Positions 47,923-57,093 of a stretch of 64,000 nucleotides of DNA are shown here, in pieces. Source of the stretch: an uncultured Acidobacteriota bacterium (lineage in GTDB: Bacteria > Acidobacteriota > Thermoanaerobaculia > Gp7-AA8). Within the stretch, counting starts at the first letter, position 1. Every line of letters begins with the position of its first letter. Below the pieces are notes generated by a model. The model made no database searches. It was not told the origin of the DNA and saw nothing but the letters and a program-made list of their open reading frames with translations. The stretch lies in NCBI GenBank assembly GCA_963741955.1, contig CAVUKB010000006.1, positions 224,001-288,000 of the forward strand. The letters are read 5' to 3'. Both the position numbers and the translations under genes were made by a program.

Positions 47923-49943
47923 GGCTGACCTCCCGTGGCGGTTCCTGCCGCAGGGGGCTTCGCGGAGAGCAGGTAGGCGGCGAGGTCCGTGGCATCGGCA
48001 TCGCTCAGCTTGAAGTTCGGACATCTCACGTCAGCCCTCCACCGCTGCGGTCCGCCGAGCCACCACGCAATCCATCCGGATTTCAGTTTCTGTGGTGCGT
48101 CATCGAGTGGCGGCCCCACGTATCCACCCCGCCCTTCCACCTGGTGACAGCTCTGGCAGGCGTAACGTTCGAAGAAGAGCTTCCGTCCGCGAGCTGCTTC
48201 GTCCGCCGGTACGCCACCCGGAAAGATCTCGCCCGGGATGTCATTGCGGACGAAGACGTTCTCGATGAAACTGGCGATGAACTGCGCTTCCTCGGGCGGC
48301 ATCTTCAACGGAATCATCCGATCGGTGAGAATCGGGCGGATCGTGGTCGGCAGCAGAAGATATTGCTCGAGCCATTTCCGCTGGACCTTGCTCCCTTCCC
48401 AGGTCAATGGTGCCGTCGAAATGTCCCCTCCGACTCCCTCGATCTGGTGACACGACATACAGCGATAGCGGTCGAGGAGTTGCCCGAACCTTCCTGGAGG
48501 TACGTAATGGCTCTTCGTCGCTTCGACGCGGAGCGGTTCGGGGATCGAGCTGCCGGAGTAGGAGAGGAGCGCCGTCACCAGCGTCTCAACCTGATGCCCA
48601 TCGAACCCGAACTCGGGCATCTTCAGCCCGTGGCGGAACGAGCGCGGCTTCGACACCTTCGCCGCGAGCCACTCCGGAAGACCACGGGGGATATCGGTCC
48701 GATCGCCGAAATCGAGCCGGTCGGTCGGCTTGGCGCCGATGCCGGTCAGGTCGGGTCCGATCTTTCCGTTCTCGTATTTCCCCCCGATCGCGTGGCATCC
48801 GCCACATCCGTACTTGCGGAACAGCGACTCTCCATCATTCACGAGACTCAGAGGCGGCCGGAACGAGGCCGCGCTTCGAGTCGGAACAGTCGTGTCCGTG
48901 AGGTCGTCCATCATGTATTGAGTCAGGTCGATCAGATCCTGGCGGCTGAAATCGTACTGAGGCATGGCGGTCGCAGGCTGAAACGCGTGCGGGTCTGCGA
49001 TGAACGCTGCGAGCCAGGAGCGGTCGACCTTCGAGCCGATGGCTCCGAGTTCCGGCGCACTTCCGTTTCCGCGGCCTCCAATCGTGTGGCAGGAGATGCA
49101 GCGCGACTCACGGAAGAGTGCCTTGCCGTGATCGAAGTCGCCTGGGGGGAGGTTCCGGTACTCGTCGGGAATGGCTTCCTTCGCCGGACGGGTCCAGAGA
49201 TACGCCACCAGAGATTCGATCTCGTTCTTCTGCAGGTGAAAGTTCGGCATCAGCGTCTGCGGCCGCAGCGCTCTCGGATTTGCGAGCCACGCACTCAGCC
49301 ACTCCGGAAAGGTCTGATCCGCCAGACCGTCGAGGTCGGGAGCGGCGCTCTTCCACACGTCATGTCCCTTCAGGTCGTGACATGCGAAACAGCCAGCCCG
49401 CCGCATCAGCGCGCGTCCCTCGGAGAGCATGGATGCCTGGGGAACGCGGTCACCTTCGTGGCAGGTCCCACAGGAAGCTTCCGTATAGCGGATCGGAAGG
49501 ATCGGAGACGACCAGTCCGAAACGCTGCCGTGCGCTTCCGCGACGGTCGTCGCCCGCCCCTGTCCGCGGTGGCATGCGACGCAACCAAAACGCGACTGAT
49601 CGTCCGGCATGTGTGGAACCGCGGGATGGCTCCGGAACGGCTGAGGAGCGCCGGCCATAGAAGCTTCGTCAACCCCCAGATGACAGCTGGTGCAGCGGTC
49701 GACCCGATTCCCGAAATCCGGAATCCAGATCTGCCGGACGTGAACGGTCTCGCTCCTCGCCTTCTTCAACTCCTTCTGCGAGCCTGCCGATGCGAGGAGC
49801 CGCTGCTGATAAGCCTTCTGATAATGCCGGTACTCACTGAAAGCGTCTTTGATCGGCGAGATCGCGAGTACGAGCAGAAACGCGACGCTCGAGATCGCGA
49901 ACCAGATCCAGAGTCGATCGGATGAATGGTCGGTTCGAGGCAT
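47919..49943 (-). CDS. Multiheme cytochrome c (8 CxxCH), N-terminal TM anchor
   Basis: CTSCH, CVACH, CGTCH, CFACH, CISCH, CGGCH, CMSCH, CQSCH; ATG 49943 overlaps the subunit IV stop (TGATG). Confidence 0.92.
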   Translation of the reverse strand: MPRTDHSSDRLWIWFAISSVAFLLVLAISPIKDAFSEYRHYQKAYQQRLLASAGSQKELKKARSETVHVRQIWIPDFGNRVDRCTSCHLGVDEASMAGAPQPFRSHPAVPHMPDDQSRFGCVACHRGQGRATTVAEAHGSVSDWSSPILPIRYTEASCGTCHEGDRVPQASMLSEGRALMRRAGCFACHDLKGHDVWKSAAPDLDGLADQTFPEWLSAWLANPRALRPQTLMPNFHLQKNEIESLVAYLWTRPAKEAIPDEYRNLPPGDFDHGKALFRESRCISCHTIGGRGNGSAPELGAIGSKVDRSWLAAFIADPHAFQPATAMPQYDFSRQDLIDLTQYMMDDLTDTTVPTRSAASFRPPLSLVNDGESLFRKYGCGGCHAIGGKYENGKIGPDLTGIGAKPTDRLDFGDRTDIPRGLPEWLAAKVSKPRSFRHGLKMPEFGFDGHQVETLVTALLSYSGSSIPEPLRVEATKSHYVPPGRFGQLLDRYRCMSCHQIEGVGGDISTAPLTWEGSKVQRKWLEQYLLLPTTIRPILTDRMIPLKMPPEEAQFIASFIENVFVRNDIPGEIFPGGVPADEAARGRKLFFERYACQSCHQVEGRGGYVGPPLDDAPQKLKSGWIAWWLGGPQRWRADVRCPNFKLSDADATDLAAYLLSAKPPAAGTATGGQP

Positions 49944-50638
49944 CAATAGACTCCTTGCCACGGCCACACCCAGCTCCAGCCCGGGCCACGGAAAAGGACA
50001 CCAATCAGTGTCAGGACCACCGCGACCACTACGAACCAGGTCATGATCCAGTCCGCCAGAGGAATGTGGCCGAGAACGCTCCGTACTCTCGAGGGGAGCG
50101 TGGGAATCGCGGGGAGCAGCATGAGGAGATATATCGCGACGGTGGGAACCACCACCGGCCATACCTGTTTGAGCGCGAGAACCGCGACGAGGGCGGCCGT
50201 CACGATCGAAATCAGCACCAGAGGCATTTTCCATGGGCGCTCGTAGAGCCCGATCAGATCCACGTTCACCCGGAAGAACGGGATGATGACGAGAGCGAAC
50301 ACCACGCAGGTCGGAATGAGAATTCCAGCGACGATCGGCGGGAAGTAGTGGAGCAGCTCCTGCAGTCCGAGAAAGTACCACGCCGCCTTGGCGGGGTTGG
50401 GGGTGTGGTACGGATCGGCGATCCCTTCGAGCGGAGCGTTCACCAGAAGAGAGATGATCGCCAGTGCGATGACGATGACCTCGATGAGAATGATCTCGCG
50501 CAGCAGCAGATGCGGGGCCGTCGTCACCACTTCGTCGCGGTCCTCGAGAAGCCTCGCGGGAACTTCGCGCCGCACCAGGGCAACCCTCTTCGGCGTCCTG
50601 GCGGCGTTGCTCGACGATTCGATCTCGAGCTTGCTCAT
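49943..50638 (-). CDS. Cytochrome b6 subunit IV-like (cytochrome b C-terminal part)
   Basis: [29 protein letters not shown] followed by multiple TM helices. Confidence 0.85.
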   Translation of the reverse strand: MSKLEIESSSNAARTPKRVALVRREVPARLLEDRDEVVTTAPHLLLREIILIEVIVIALAIISLLVNAPLEGIADPYHTPNPAKAAWYFLGLQELLHYFPPIVAGILIPTCVVFALVIIPFFRVNVDLIGLYERPWKMPLVLISIVTAALVAVLALKQVWPVVVPTVAIYLLMLLPAIPTLPSRVRSVLGHIPLADWIMTWFVVVAVVLTLIGVLFRGPGWSWVWPWQGVY

Positions 50639-51384
50639 TGTGCCTCCTCCGCGATCCGATGCTTTCTTCCGCTGGACCCGGCCACCCCACCATCCTTGCG
50701 AACTCTCCAGAGATGAACCGCCAGTGCTCCGAACAGCGCGATCGGAAGGAGTACACAATGGAGTACGTAGAAACGGAGCAGCGCATTCGGTCCTACGATG
50801 TTTCCACCGAGAAGCACGAAACGGAGTTTCGGCCCGAGCAGCGGCATCGCGTTCGCCATGTTCGTTCCCACCGAGACGCCCCAGAACGCGAGCTGATCCC
50901 AGGGGAGAAGATAGCCGGTGTAGCTCAGCAGGAGAGTGAGGAGAAACAGAATCACCCCGACCATCCAGTTCAGCTCACGAGGTGGACGGAACGCGCGGTG
51001 ATAGAACGTCCGCAGAAGATGGAGAAAGACGACCAGCACCAGCCCGTGGGCCGCCCACCGATGCATGTTGCGGAGAAAAACGCCGTTCCCGACGACGAAC
51101 CGGAGCTCCTTCATGTCGTCATACGCCTGCGGGACGGAGGGATGGTAGTAGAGCATCAGCAGGATCCCGGTGCCGACCAGGACACCGAGAAGGACCAGCG
51201 CCGTCCCTCCGAGATAGTAGGTGCTCGAGAACTCGAGATTACGACGCCGTGTTTTCGCCGAATGGAGATGCAGGAAGACGTTCTCCATCACCAGCTGCAC
51301 GCGGTTCCGGTTCGTCGGCTCGACGCCGTGCCGCACGGCCGCGCGCCACAAACGGCTGCGTATGATCGAATCGAGAATACTCAT
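50635..51384 (-). CDS. Cytochrome b6-like (cytochrome b N-terminal part)
   Basis: [43 protein letters not shown]-x14-H. Confidence 0.93.
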   Translation of the reverse strand: MSILDSIIRSRLWRAAVRHGVEPTNRNRVQLVMENVFLHLHSAKTRRRNLEFSSTYYLGGTALVLLGVLVGTGILLMLYYHPSVPQAYDDMKELRFVVGNGVFLRNMHRWAAHGLVLVVFLHLLRTFYHRAFRPPRELNWMVGVILFLLTLLLSYTGYLLPWDQLAFWGVSVGTNMANAMPLLGPKLRFVLLGGNIVGPNALLRFYVLHCVLLPIALFGALAVHLWRVRKDGGVAGSSGRKHRIAEEAQ

Positions 51385-51393
51385 CGTCTCTCC

Positions 51394-51918
51394 TCAAAGC
51401 TTGACGACCGTCCCTTCGGGAACTTCGACGCCGGTATCGACCTCGATGTCTCCTTTGGAATCGAGATCGATCTGAAACCACGGCAGGGGTCGTGGTGCGG
51501 GCCCTCCGATCACGTCCCCGTCGAGCGAATAGCGACTGCCGTGACAGGGGCAGGCGATGACGTTTTCGTCGACCTTGTATCGGGTGATGCAGCCGAGATG
51601 AGTGCAGACGGAGGAAAGGGCGTGAAAACCTTCCTTCTGCCGGATCACGTAGGCCCGGTACACTTCGTTCGTCACCACTGCGCCGACATCGATTGCGTCG
51701 GGTGGACCGAGGGTGAACTCCGTCGGCGGCTCGAAGAGGACGCGGGGTTTGAGGAAGTCGACGGAGAGTGCCGCCGCACCTCCTGCAGCAGCCGCACACG
51801 CAGCAACGCCGGTCACCTGAAAGAATCGCCGTCTCGACAGATGGATCTTCCTGATTCGCGCTTCATCCCGTTCTTCCGGATCATGTTCGCCTGGGCGCTT
51901 GCTGGTCGGGTCAGGCAC
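51394..51918 (-). CDS. Rieske [2Fe-2S] protein with Tat signal
   Basis: SRRRFF, CTHLGC, CPCHGSRY, GPAPRPL. Confidence 0.95.
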   Translation of the reverse strand: MPDPTSKRPGEHDPEERDEARIRKIHLSRRRFFQVTGVAACAAAAGGAAALSVDFLKPRVLFEPPTEFTLGPPDAIDVGAVVTNEVYRAYVIRQKEGFHALSSVCTHLGCITRYKVDENVIACPCHGSRYSLDGDVIGGPAPRPLPWFQIDLDSKGDIEVDTGVEVPEGTVVKL

Positions 51919-53782
51919 TCGAAGCCTCCTTCAACAGAAACTGCTGCATAGTGATGGTTCCGGTCGGGCATCGCTCGGCGCAGAGTCCGCAACGGATACA
52001 GATCGTTTCGTCCTTGATCAGCACCGTCCCGATCGGCTTCGAATCGAAGAAGATCGATGCGGAGTCGCCAAGCTCTGCGATCACCTCGTCGCGCATTGAC
52101 GGATCGACCGCGATCTCCGCCGCCGGAACGAGCTCGATGCACTGCTCGGGACAAACGTCGGCACAACCTCCGCACAGAACGCATTCGGTCCCGAGCTCGT
52201 GATCTTCCTCGAAGACCGTGTTGATCCAGCAACGAAGACATCGGCTCCCCTCCCGTCTCGCTGAGAGCTCCGGCATGCATCTCTCCACTTCGGCGATGCC
52301 AACGCGGCGATCGATGGGAAGGGTTGGAGGCTTCTGCCGAGGGATACCCTCGTAGTCGAACTCCCTGCGGAATCCACGCAACGGCTCGATCAGAACTTCG
52401 ATCTCCTGGTCCGGAGTCGCGCCCCCTCGCAGCCACTCGTGAATCGATCTCGCCGCGCGCCGTCCGTCCGCGATCGCGGTGATCGCGATGCGCGGTCCGA
52501 ATGCCACGTCGCCGCCGGCGTAGATTCCCGGCGCGGTTGTCGCGAGGGTTTCCGGATCGACCTGAATCGTTCCCCGTCGCGTCACTTCGATCCCGTCCTC
52601 CGGCGAGAGGAACGTCAGATCGCTCGCCTGTCCGATGGCGAGAATGACGGTGTCGGCGGCCAGAGAGAGCTCCGTTTCCTCGATCACCTTCGGATTGAAA
52701 CGTCCATCCGAATCGAATACCGACGCGCACTCCAGAGTCTCGATTCCGGTCACTCTCCCCGCACTACCGAGAACTCGCTTGAGCGACCGGCGGGGGTGAA
52801 ACGTCACGCCTTCTTTCCGGGCCTGCTCGATCTCTTCCCGGTCTGCGGGCATCTCGTCCATCGATTCGAGCGAGACGACGTGGATCTCCTTCGCGCCGAA
52901 GCGAACCGCCGAGCGTGCGACGTCGAGCGCAGTGACGATGTTGATGTCGGGTGAGGGGATCGTGTCCGGCGACGCGGTCCTGACCGCCGAGCGTGCCACG
53001 TCGAGCGCGACATTGCCTCCGCCCAGCACCACCACGCGGCGGCCGATGTCGACCCGGTATCCCATGTTCACATTGAGGAGGAAGTCGACCCCCTTCAGGA
53101 CCCCGTCGAGATCGGTGCCGGGGACTTCCAGCGAGCGGCCCTTGTGTGCACCGATGGCGAGGAAGACCGAACGGAATCCCTCCTCGCGAAGGCCCGCCAG
53201 CGAGTAGTCGCGGCCAAGCCGCTGGTTGATGCGGAGCTCGACCCCGAGGCTGAGGATCGCGTTGATCTCGAGCTTGATCAGCTCACGCGGAAGGCGGTAC
53301 TCGGGGATTCCGAGGCGGAGCATTCCGCCCGCGACCGCCTGGGCCTCGAAGATGGTGACCGGATAGCCCAGGAGCGCGAGATCATGGGCTGCGGCGAGAC
53401 CGGCAGGACCGGCGCCGATGATGGCGATCCGATCAAGCGGGTAGCGCATCTCGCGTTTGCCGTAGATCTCCTTGAGCATGTCGAGATCGATCATGCTTTC
53501 CACACCGAATCGCTCGGTGACGAAGCGTTTGAGCGCGCGGATTGCAACCGGCTCGTCGAGCTCTCCACGCCTGCAGGCCGCCTCGCATGGCGCCGCACAG
53601 ATCCGGCCGCAAATGGAGGCGAGCGGATTCGGCTTGCGGGCGACCGCGTACGCCTCGCGATAGCGTCCTTCCGCGATGAGCGAAACGTAGCGACCCGCTT
53701 CCGTGCCCACCGGGCAGGCCGAGTGACAGGGAAAGTTGCTCTCCAGCCACTCGCGATTGACCCTGGTCCGGTTCATGTCCAT
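51911..53782 (-). CDS. FAD-dependent NAD(P) oxidoreductase (GltD/NfnB-like) with C-terminal 2x[4Fe-4S] ferredoxin domain
   Basis: CHSACP, CGRICAAPCEAAC, GAGPAG, GIPEYRLP, GGGNVA, AGGD, CLRC, CVLCGGCADVCP, CIRCGLCAERCP. Confidence 0.92.
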   Translation of the reverse strand: MDMNRTRVNREWLESNFPCHSACPVGTEAGRYVSLIAEGRYREAYAVARKPNPLASICGRICAAPCEAACRRGELDEPVAIRALKRFVTERFGVESMIDLDMLKEIYGKREMRYPLDRIAIIGAGPAGLAAAHDLALLGYPVTIFEAQAVAGGMLRLGIPEYRLPRELIKLEINAILSLGVELRINQRLGRDYSLAGLREEGFRSVFLAIGAHKGRSLEVPGTDLDGVLKGVDFLLNVNMGYRVDIGRRVVVLGGGNVALDVARSAVRTASPDTIPSPDINIVTALDVARSAVRFGAKEIHVVSLESMDEMPADREEIEQARKEGVTFHPRRSLKRVLGSAGRVTGIETLECASVFDSDGRFNPKVIEETELSLAADTVILAIGQASDLTFLSPEDGIEVTRRGTIQVDPETLATTAPGIYAGGDVAFGPRIAITAIADGRRAARSIHEWLRGGATPDQEIEVLIEPLRGFRREFDYEGIPRQKPPTLPIDRRVGIAEVERCMPELSARREGSRCLRCWINTVFEEDHELGTECVLCGGCADVCPEQCIELVPAAEIAVDPSMRDEVIAELGDSASIFFDSKPIGTVLIKDETICIRCGLCAERCPTGTITMQQFLLKEASSA

Positions 53783-53801
53783 CTCTTCCCCGGCTCGCCG
53801 T

Positions 53802-54383
53802 CTACTTGGAGAGCTCGAAATCGAGCTCTGTCTTACCCGAGACTTTCACCGGTCTGGATGTTTGTTTCAGCTTCGGATGCCAGACTTCGACGGTGTATTG
53901 ACCATCGGGAAGGTCCTTGATGGTGTAGCTGCCATCGCTGGCGGTGACCGCGTAATAGGACGTGGGGAGCGCCAGGATATAGGCTTCCATCTCGGGATGC
54001 ACCGCGCACAGCAGCGTCGCCATGCATTGCCGTTTGAACGTGTAACTGCGGGTCTGACCCTTCGGCCAGCTCCCGAGATTGAAACGATCGGCACACTTGT
54101 CGGGAGAGAAGACGTTGTGGAGAAACGGATCGTCGTTGAGGAAGTCGACCGTCGTGCCGACGACGACCGGGAGAACGTGCGGAACGAAGGACATGTCCTT
54201 CTGATTCATGACCGGATGATTCGCAGGCGGCGTGAAGGTCTTTCCTGGAATGGCGTCGATGTAGACCACTGCGTCGGCTGAGTTCCGCAGCCCCTTCGCC
54301 ACCACTTTTCCGTGCAGATCGCCTGCAACCAGTGGCGCAGCCACCATGGCTGCTACAGCAATCAAGAGCGTGAATCTTTTCAT
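53802..54383 (-). CDS. Exported cupredoxin-like protein with carboxypeptidase-regulatory-like beta segments
   Basis: Signal peptide, FVPHVL, F.N.D..HNVFS, CAVHPEM (type-1 Cu ligands H..C-x2-H-x2-M), G.YTV.VWHP. Confidence 0.8.
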   Translation of the reverse strand: MKRFTLLIAVAAMVAAPLVAGDLHGKVVAKGLRNSADAVVYIDAIPGKTFTPPANHPVMNQKDMSFVPHVLPVVVGTTVDFLNDDPFLHNVFSPDKCADRFNLGSWPKGQTRSYTFKRQCMATLLCAVHPEMEAYILALPTSYYAVTASDGSYTIKDLPDGQYTVEVWHPKLKQTSRPVKVSGKTELDFELSK

Positions 54384-54411
54384 GATCTGACTCCCTTCAT
54401 GTGAACGGCTT

Positions 54412-55830
54412 TCAGAATGCGTAACGGAGGACGGTCGACAGCTGATAGTTCTTCGATTCGTTCAGGTCGCGGCGGTATTCGAGCATCCCTTTCACGTTCG
54501 CATAGGCGAAGTAGCTGAAGCTCGCGTTGAGGAAGCGGAGCGAATCGACGGAGCGGTCGCCCGGCTTGAGGCTTTCGTACCGGAGCGAGGTCTGAAACAC
54601 CGGAGTGATCACGTAATCGGCTTGCACGAACCATGTGTCGTATGTCGGCTCGTTCCGTGAGAGAAGGCTGCCGTCGTCCGCGAACGCGTCGATCGTGTCA
54701 CGACCATTCATCGCGACTCCGAACACGTTCAGGTCGTCGAACCACCATGACGCATAGAGACCAGCACGTGAAAACGTCCGGTCCTGAAGATTGGCCGGCA
54801 TCTCGTCGGCCATCATTCCCATGCCGCTATCGACGGGAAAGTCGATTCCCTTGCCGTTTCCCTGGTATCCGAGGATGCCGACCCGAAGCGAGCGCTCACG
54901 CCAGTTCTGGGGCGGGAGATTGACGCCGGTCGTGTCGCCGTCCAGTCCCATCCCTCCGAACTTGTAGTCGGCACGAGCGTAGAAATCCTTCGAGGCATTT
55001 CCGTCGGCGGTTCCGTCGCCCGGCCCGAGGCCATTCGTGATTCCCGCGGTGTAGAAGAATCGATGGTGTGCGACTCCGTACATCTCGATGCCTTCCACCA
55101 TCATCGGCAGGCTGATTCCGCCCATGTCTTCGGACAGACCAGTGCCGCCCGCGACCCCGATCGGGTTGTAGGAGAAGAGCGTGTCGATCGCGTTGTCCGT
55201 GGAGATCCACATCTCCTGAAAACCGTCTGCGAGATCCGGCGCGAACTTCCCGATCTTGAAGTTCACCATGTGCTCCGGACCGAACGGTGAATTGAAGTGG
55301 AGCTCGGCGTGCTCGATCTCGGTTCCCGTCTCGCCTGCATCCTGCGCCCAGGTCATCTCACCGAAGAAGCTCATGTGGTCGCCCATGGTTCCGGCGGAGA
55401 ATAGATTGACTTCCTGGGGGAACTGAAAGTCGTTCTTGACCACGGTCCGTCCGGTATCGTCGACGGAAGAGAGATAGATGCTGGCCATCTTGATGTTCAT
55501 CGCCAGCGGAACATTGCCGGGGATGTCGCTCGGATAGATCATCTTCGGCCACATCCGCTTGTAGGCGTCGGATCCGAGGCTCGTTTGCGGAACCTTCACC
55601 TGAGCTTCCGTCTCGTTCGGAAAGCGGTATCCGTTCAGCCGGAATGCTTCGCCGAACGCGTTGAGCTTCGGGAATCCGACGTGGCAGGTCTGGCACGATG
55701 TCTTGTACTTCCTCGCGAAGACCGGGACGGCGAAGGCCGGCAGGGAGCCGGCCAGCATGGCCGCCAGAGCGAGAAGTACCGCCCCGAAACCAATCGGATG
55801 TCGCGGTCTTTTCCCGGGTACTTCGTTCAT
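54412..55830 (-). CDS. Cyc2-like fused monoheme cytochrome c / outer-membrane beta-barrel
   Basis: Signal peptide then AVPVFARKYKTSCQTCHVGFPKLNAFGEAFRLNGY; amphipathic beta strands and terminal Phe (LRYAF); RBS AAGGAG. Confidence 0.8.
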   Translation of the reverse strand: MNEVPGKRPRHPIGFGAVLLALAAMLAGSLPAFAVPVFARKYKTSCQTCHVGFPKLNAFGEAFRLNGYRFPNETEAQVKVPQTSLGSDAYKRMWPKMIYPSDIPGNVPLAMNIKMASIYLSSVDDTGRTVVKNDFQFPQEVNLFSAGTMGDHMSFFGEMTWAQDAGETGTEIEHAELHFNSPFGPEHMVNFKIGKFAPDLADGFQEMWISTDNAIDTLFSYNPIGVAGGTGLSEDMGGISLPMMVEGIEMYGVAHHRFFYTAGITNGLGPGDGTADGNASKDFYARADYKFGGMGLDGDTTGVNLPPQNWRERSLRVGILGYQGNGKGIDFPVDSGMGMMADEMPANLQDRTFSRAGLYASWWFDDLNVFGVAMNGRDTIDAFADDGSLLSRNEPTYDTWFVQADYVITPVFQTSLRYESLKPGDRSVDSLRFLNASFSYFAYANVKGMLEYRRDLNESKNYQLSTVLRYAF

Positions 55831-56001
55831 CGCGGATCTCCTTCCTCGAATGTTTCTCTTTCCATGCATCGAGGTTAGGAGTCGCGGTGACCGTTTGGAA
55901 TCGGCCGCATACCTCATTCGAGTGATGCAAATGCATTATTTCGATGTGGATCTGGAAGTCTGCGCGGTAGAAACGTCTGTAGCGAGAAAGCGGAGCAAGG
56001 G

Positions 56002-56646
56002 TCAGATGAGGCGGTGGCGGAGTGCGATCGACACGGCTTCGAGTTTGCTGTGGACGTCGAGCTTGTGAAGGACGTTCTGCACGTGGTTGCGTACGGTCGC
56101 GACGCTGATGAAGAGCGTGTCCGCGATGGCCTGGCTGCTTGCGCCGTCCGCCACGAGACGGAGTACCTCGAGCTCCCGGGTGCTCAGGTTGTAGGTCTTC
56201 TCCTCGGGCGGATGCTCTGACGTCGAGGCGCGCGTGATCTCGAGAAGCGTCTCGATGGTATGCCGGTCGATCCGATCTTCCGCCTCGAGGCGCTGCAGCA
56301 GATGGATCATGGTGAACTGCGAGCTTCGGGGCCCCGGAATCACGATGATCGAGATGCCAACCCGAACCGGTTCGCCCGGTGATCCGCGGACATCCATCTC
56401 GAACCGGCGGATTGCCTCGTGACGCCGCGCCATCTGAGTCAGAATGCAGTGTTCGTCGCAGAAGCGGTTGCCGAAGAGGTCCTTTCCGCAGAGGATCTCG
56501 TGGCATGGCCGGCCGAGGACATCTGCCGCCTCGTAGCCGAGGAGGCGTTCGGCGGCACGGTTCCAGATGACGATGCGTCCCTCCTCGTCGGTGCCGAACG
56601 CGGCGTCCGCGGTGCTGCTGACGACTTCGAGCGGATCGATCGTCAC
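56002..56646 (-). CDS. PAS plus LuxR-type HTH regulator
   Basis: D.EGRIVIWNRAAERLLGY (PAS), LSTRELEVLRLVADG..IA..LFIS..TVRNHV..KL (LuxR HTH). Confidence 0.92.
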   Translation of the reverse strand: MTIDPLEVVSSTADAAFGTDEEGRIVIWNRAAERLLGYEAADVLGRPCHEILCGKDLFGNRFCDEHCILTQMARRHEAIRRFEMDVRGSPGEPVRVGISIIVIPGPRSSQFTMIHLLQRLEAEDRIDRHTIETLLEITRASTSEHPPEEKTYNLSTRELEVLRLVADGASSQAIADTLFISVATVRNHVQNVLHKLDVHSKLEAVSIALRHRLI

Positions 56647-56913
56647 TTCCCTGCCATGGTCGCGAGCTCACCCCGCGACTCCACCGACGAGCCGCCGCGA
56701 TGAGCTCGGATTTTCCCGGTACTTCTACCGTAGACCTCCCGAGCGAGCCCGTCCACTTACAAAACCGTCAGGCGCGGAAGGAGTGCCTGAGTCCGCCACA
56801 CAGACCGAATCAGCCCGGACCGTGAATGGTCCGCGTTAGTGGGTGTGAAGACGGCGTTCACCCGAATAGGCGAAGTCGACAGTACCTCGAGGAGCGAAAG
56901 TGCGGTCTGACGC

Positions 56914-56963
56914 CGCAGACACGCCCGGATCGCGCTCCGCAGTAGAAGTCCCGTGAATGATCC
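56914..56963 (+). repeat. Right arm of hairpin element family B
   Basis: GCAGACACGCCCGGATCGCGCTCCGCAGTAGAAGTCCCGTGAATGATCC is complementary to the left arm at 47209-47258. Confidence 0.7.
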
Positions 56964-57029
56964 CCGGTCCGGGTCGATGACGGTCCCGTCAGTTCGACAT
57001 GGGTCAGGTCTGAAGTTTCCCTCTTTCGA

Positions 57030-57058
57030 TTGAAGCAGAGGGTCACGAAGCGTATAAC
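57030..57058 (+). promoter_or_regulatory. Sigma-70-type promoter
   Basis: TTGAAG-N17-TATAAC, 35 bp upstream of GTG 57094. Confidence 0.6.
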
Positions 57059-57093
57059 TGAATGCTCATCGCGCCAAGATTGGAGGCCTACCC

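Noticed and set aside
49944-50786. N-terminal 280 aa of the 955-aa ORF
   Set aside because: It overlaps subunit IV in another frame and has non-protein-like composition; the real start is ATG 49943.
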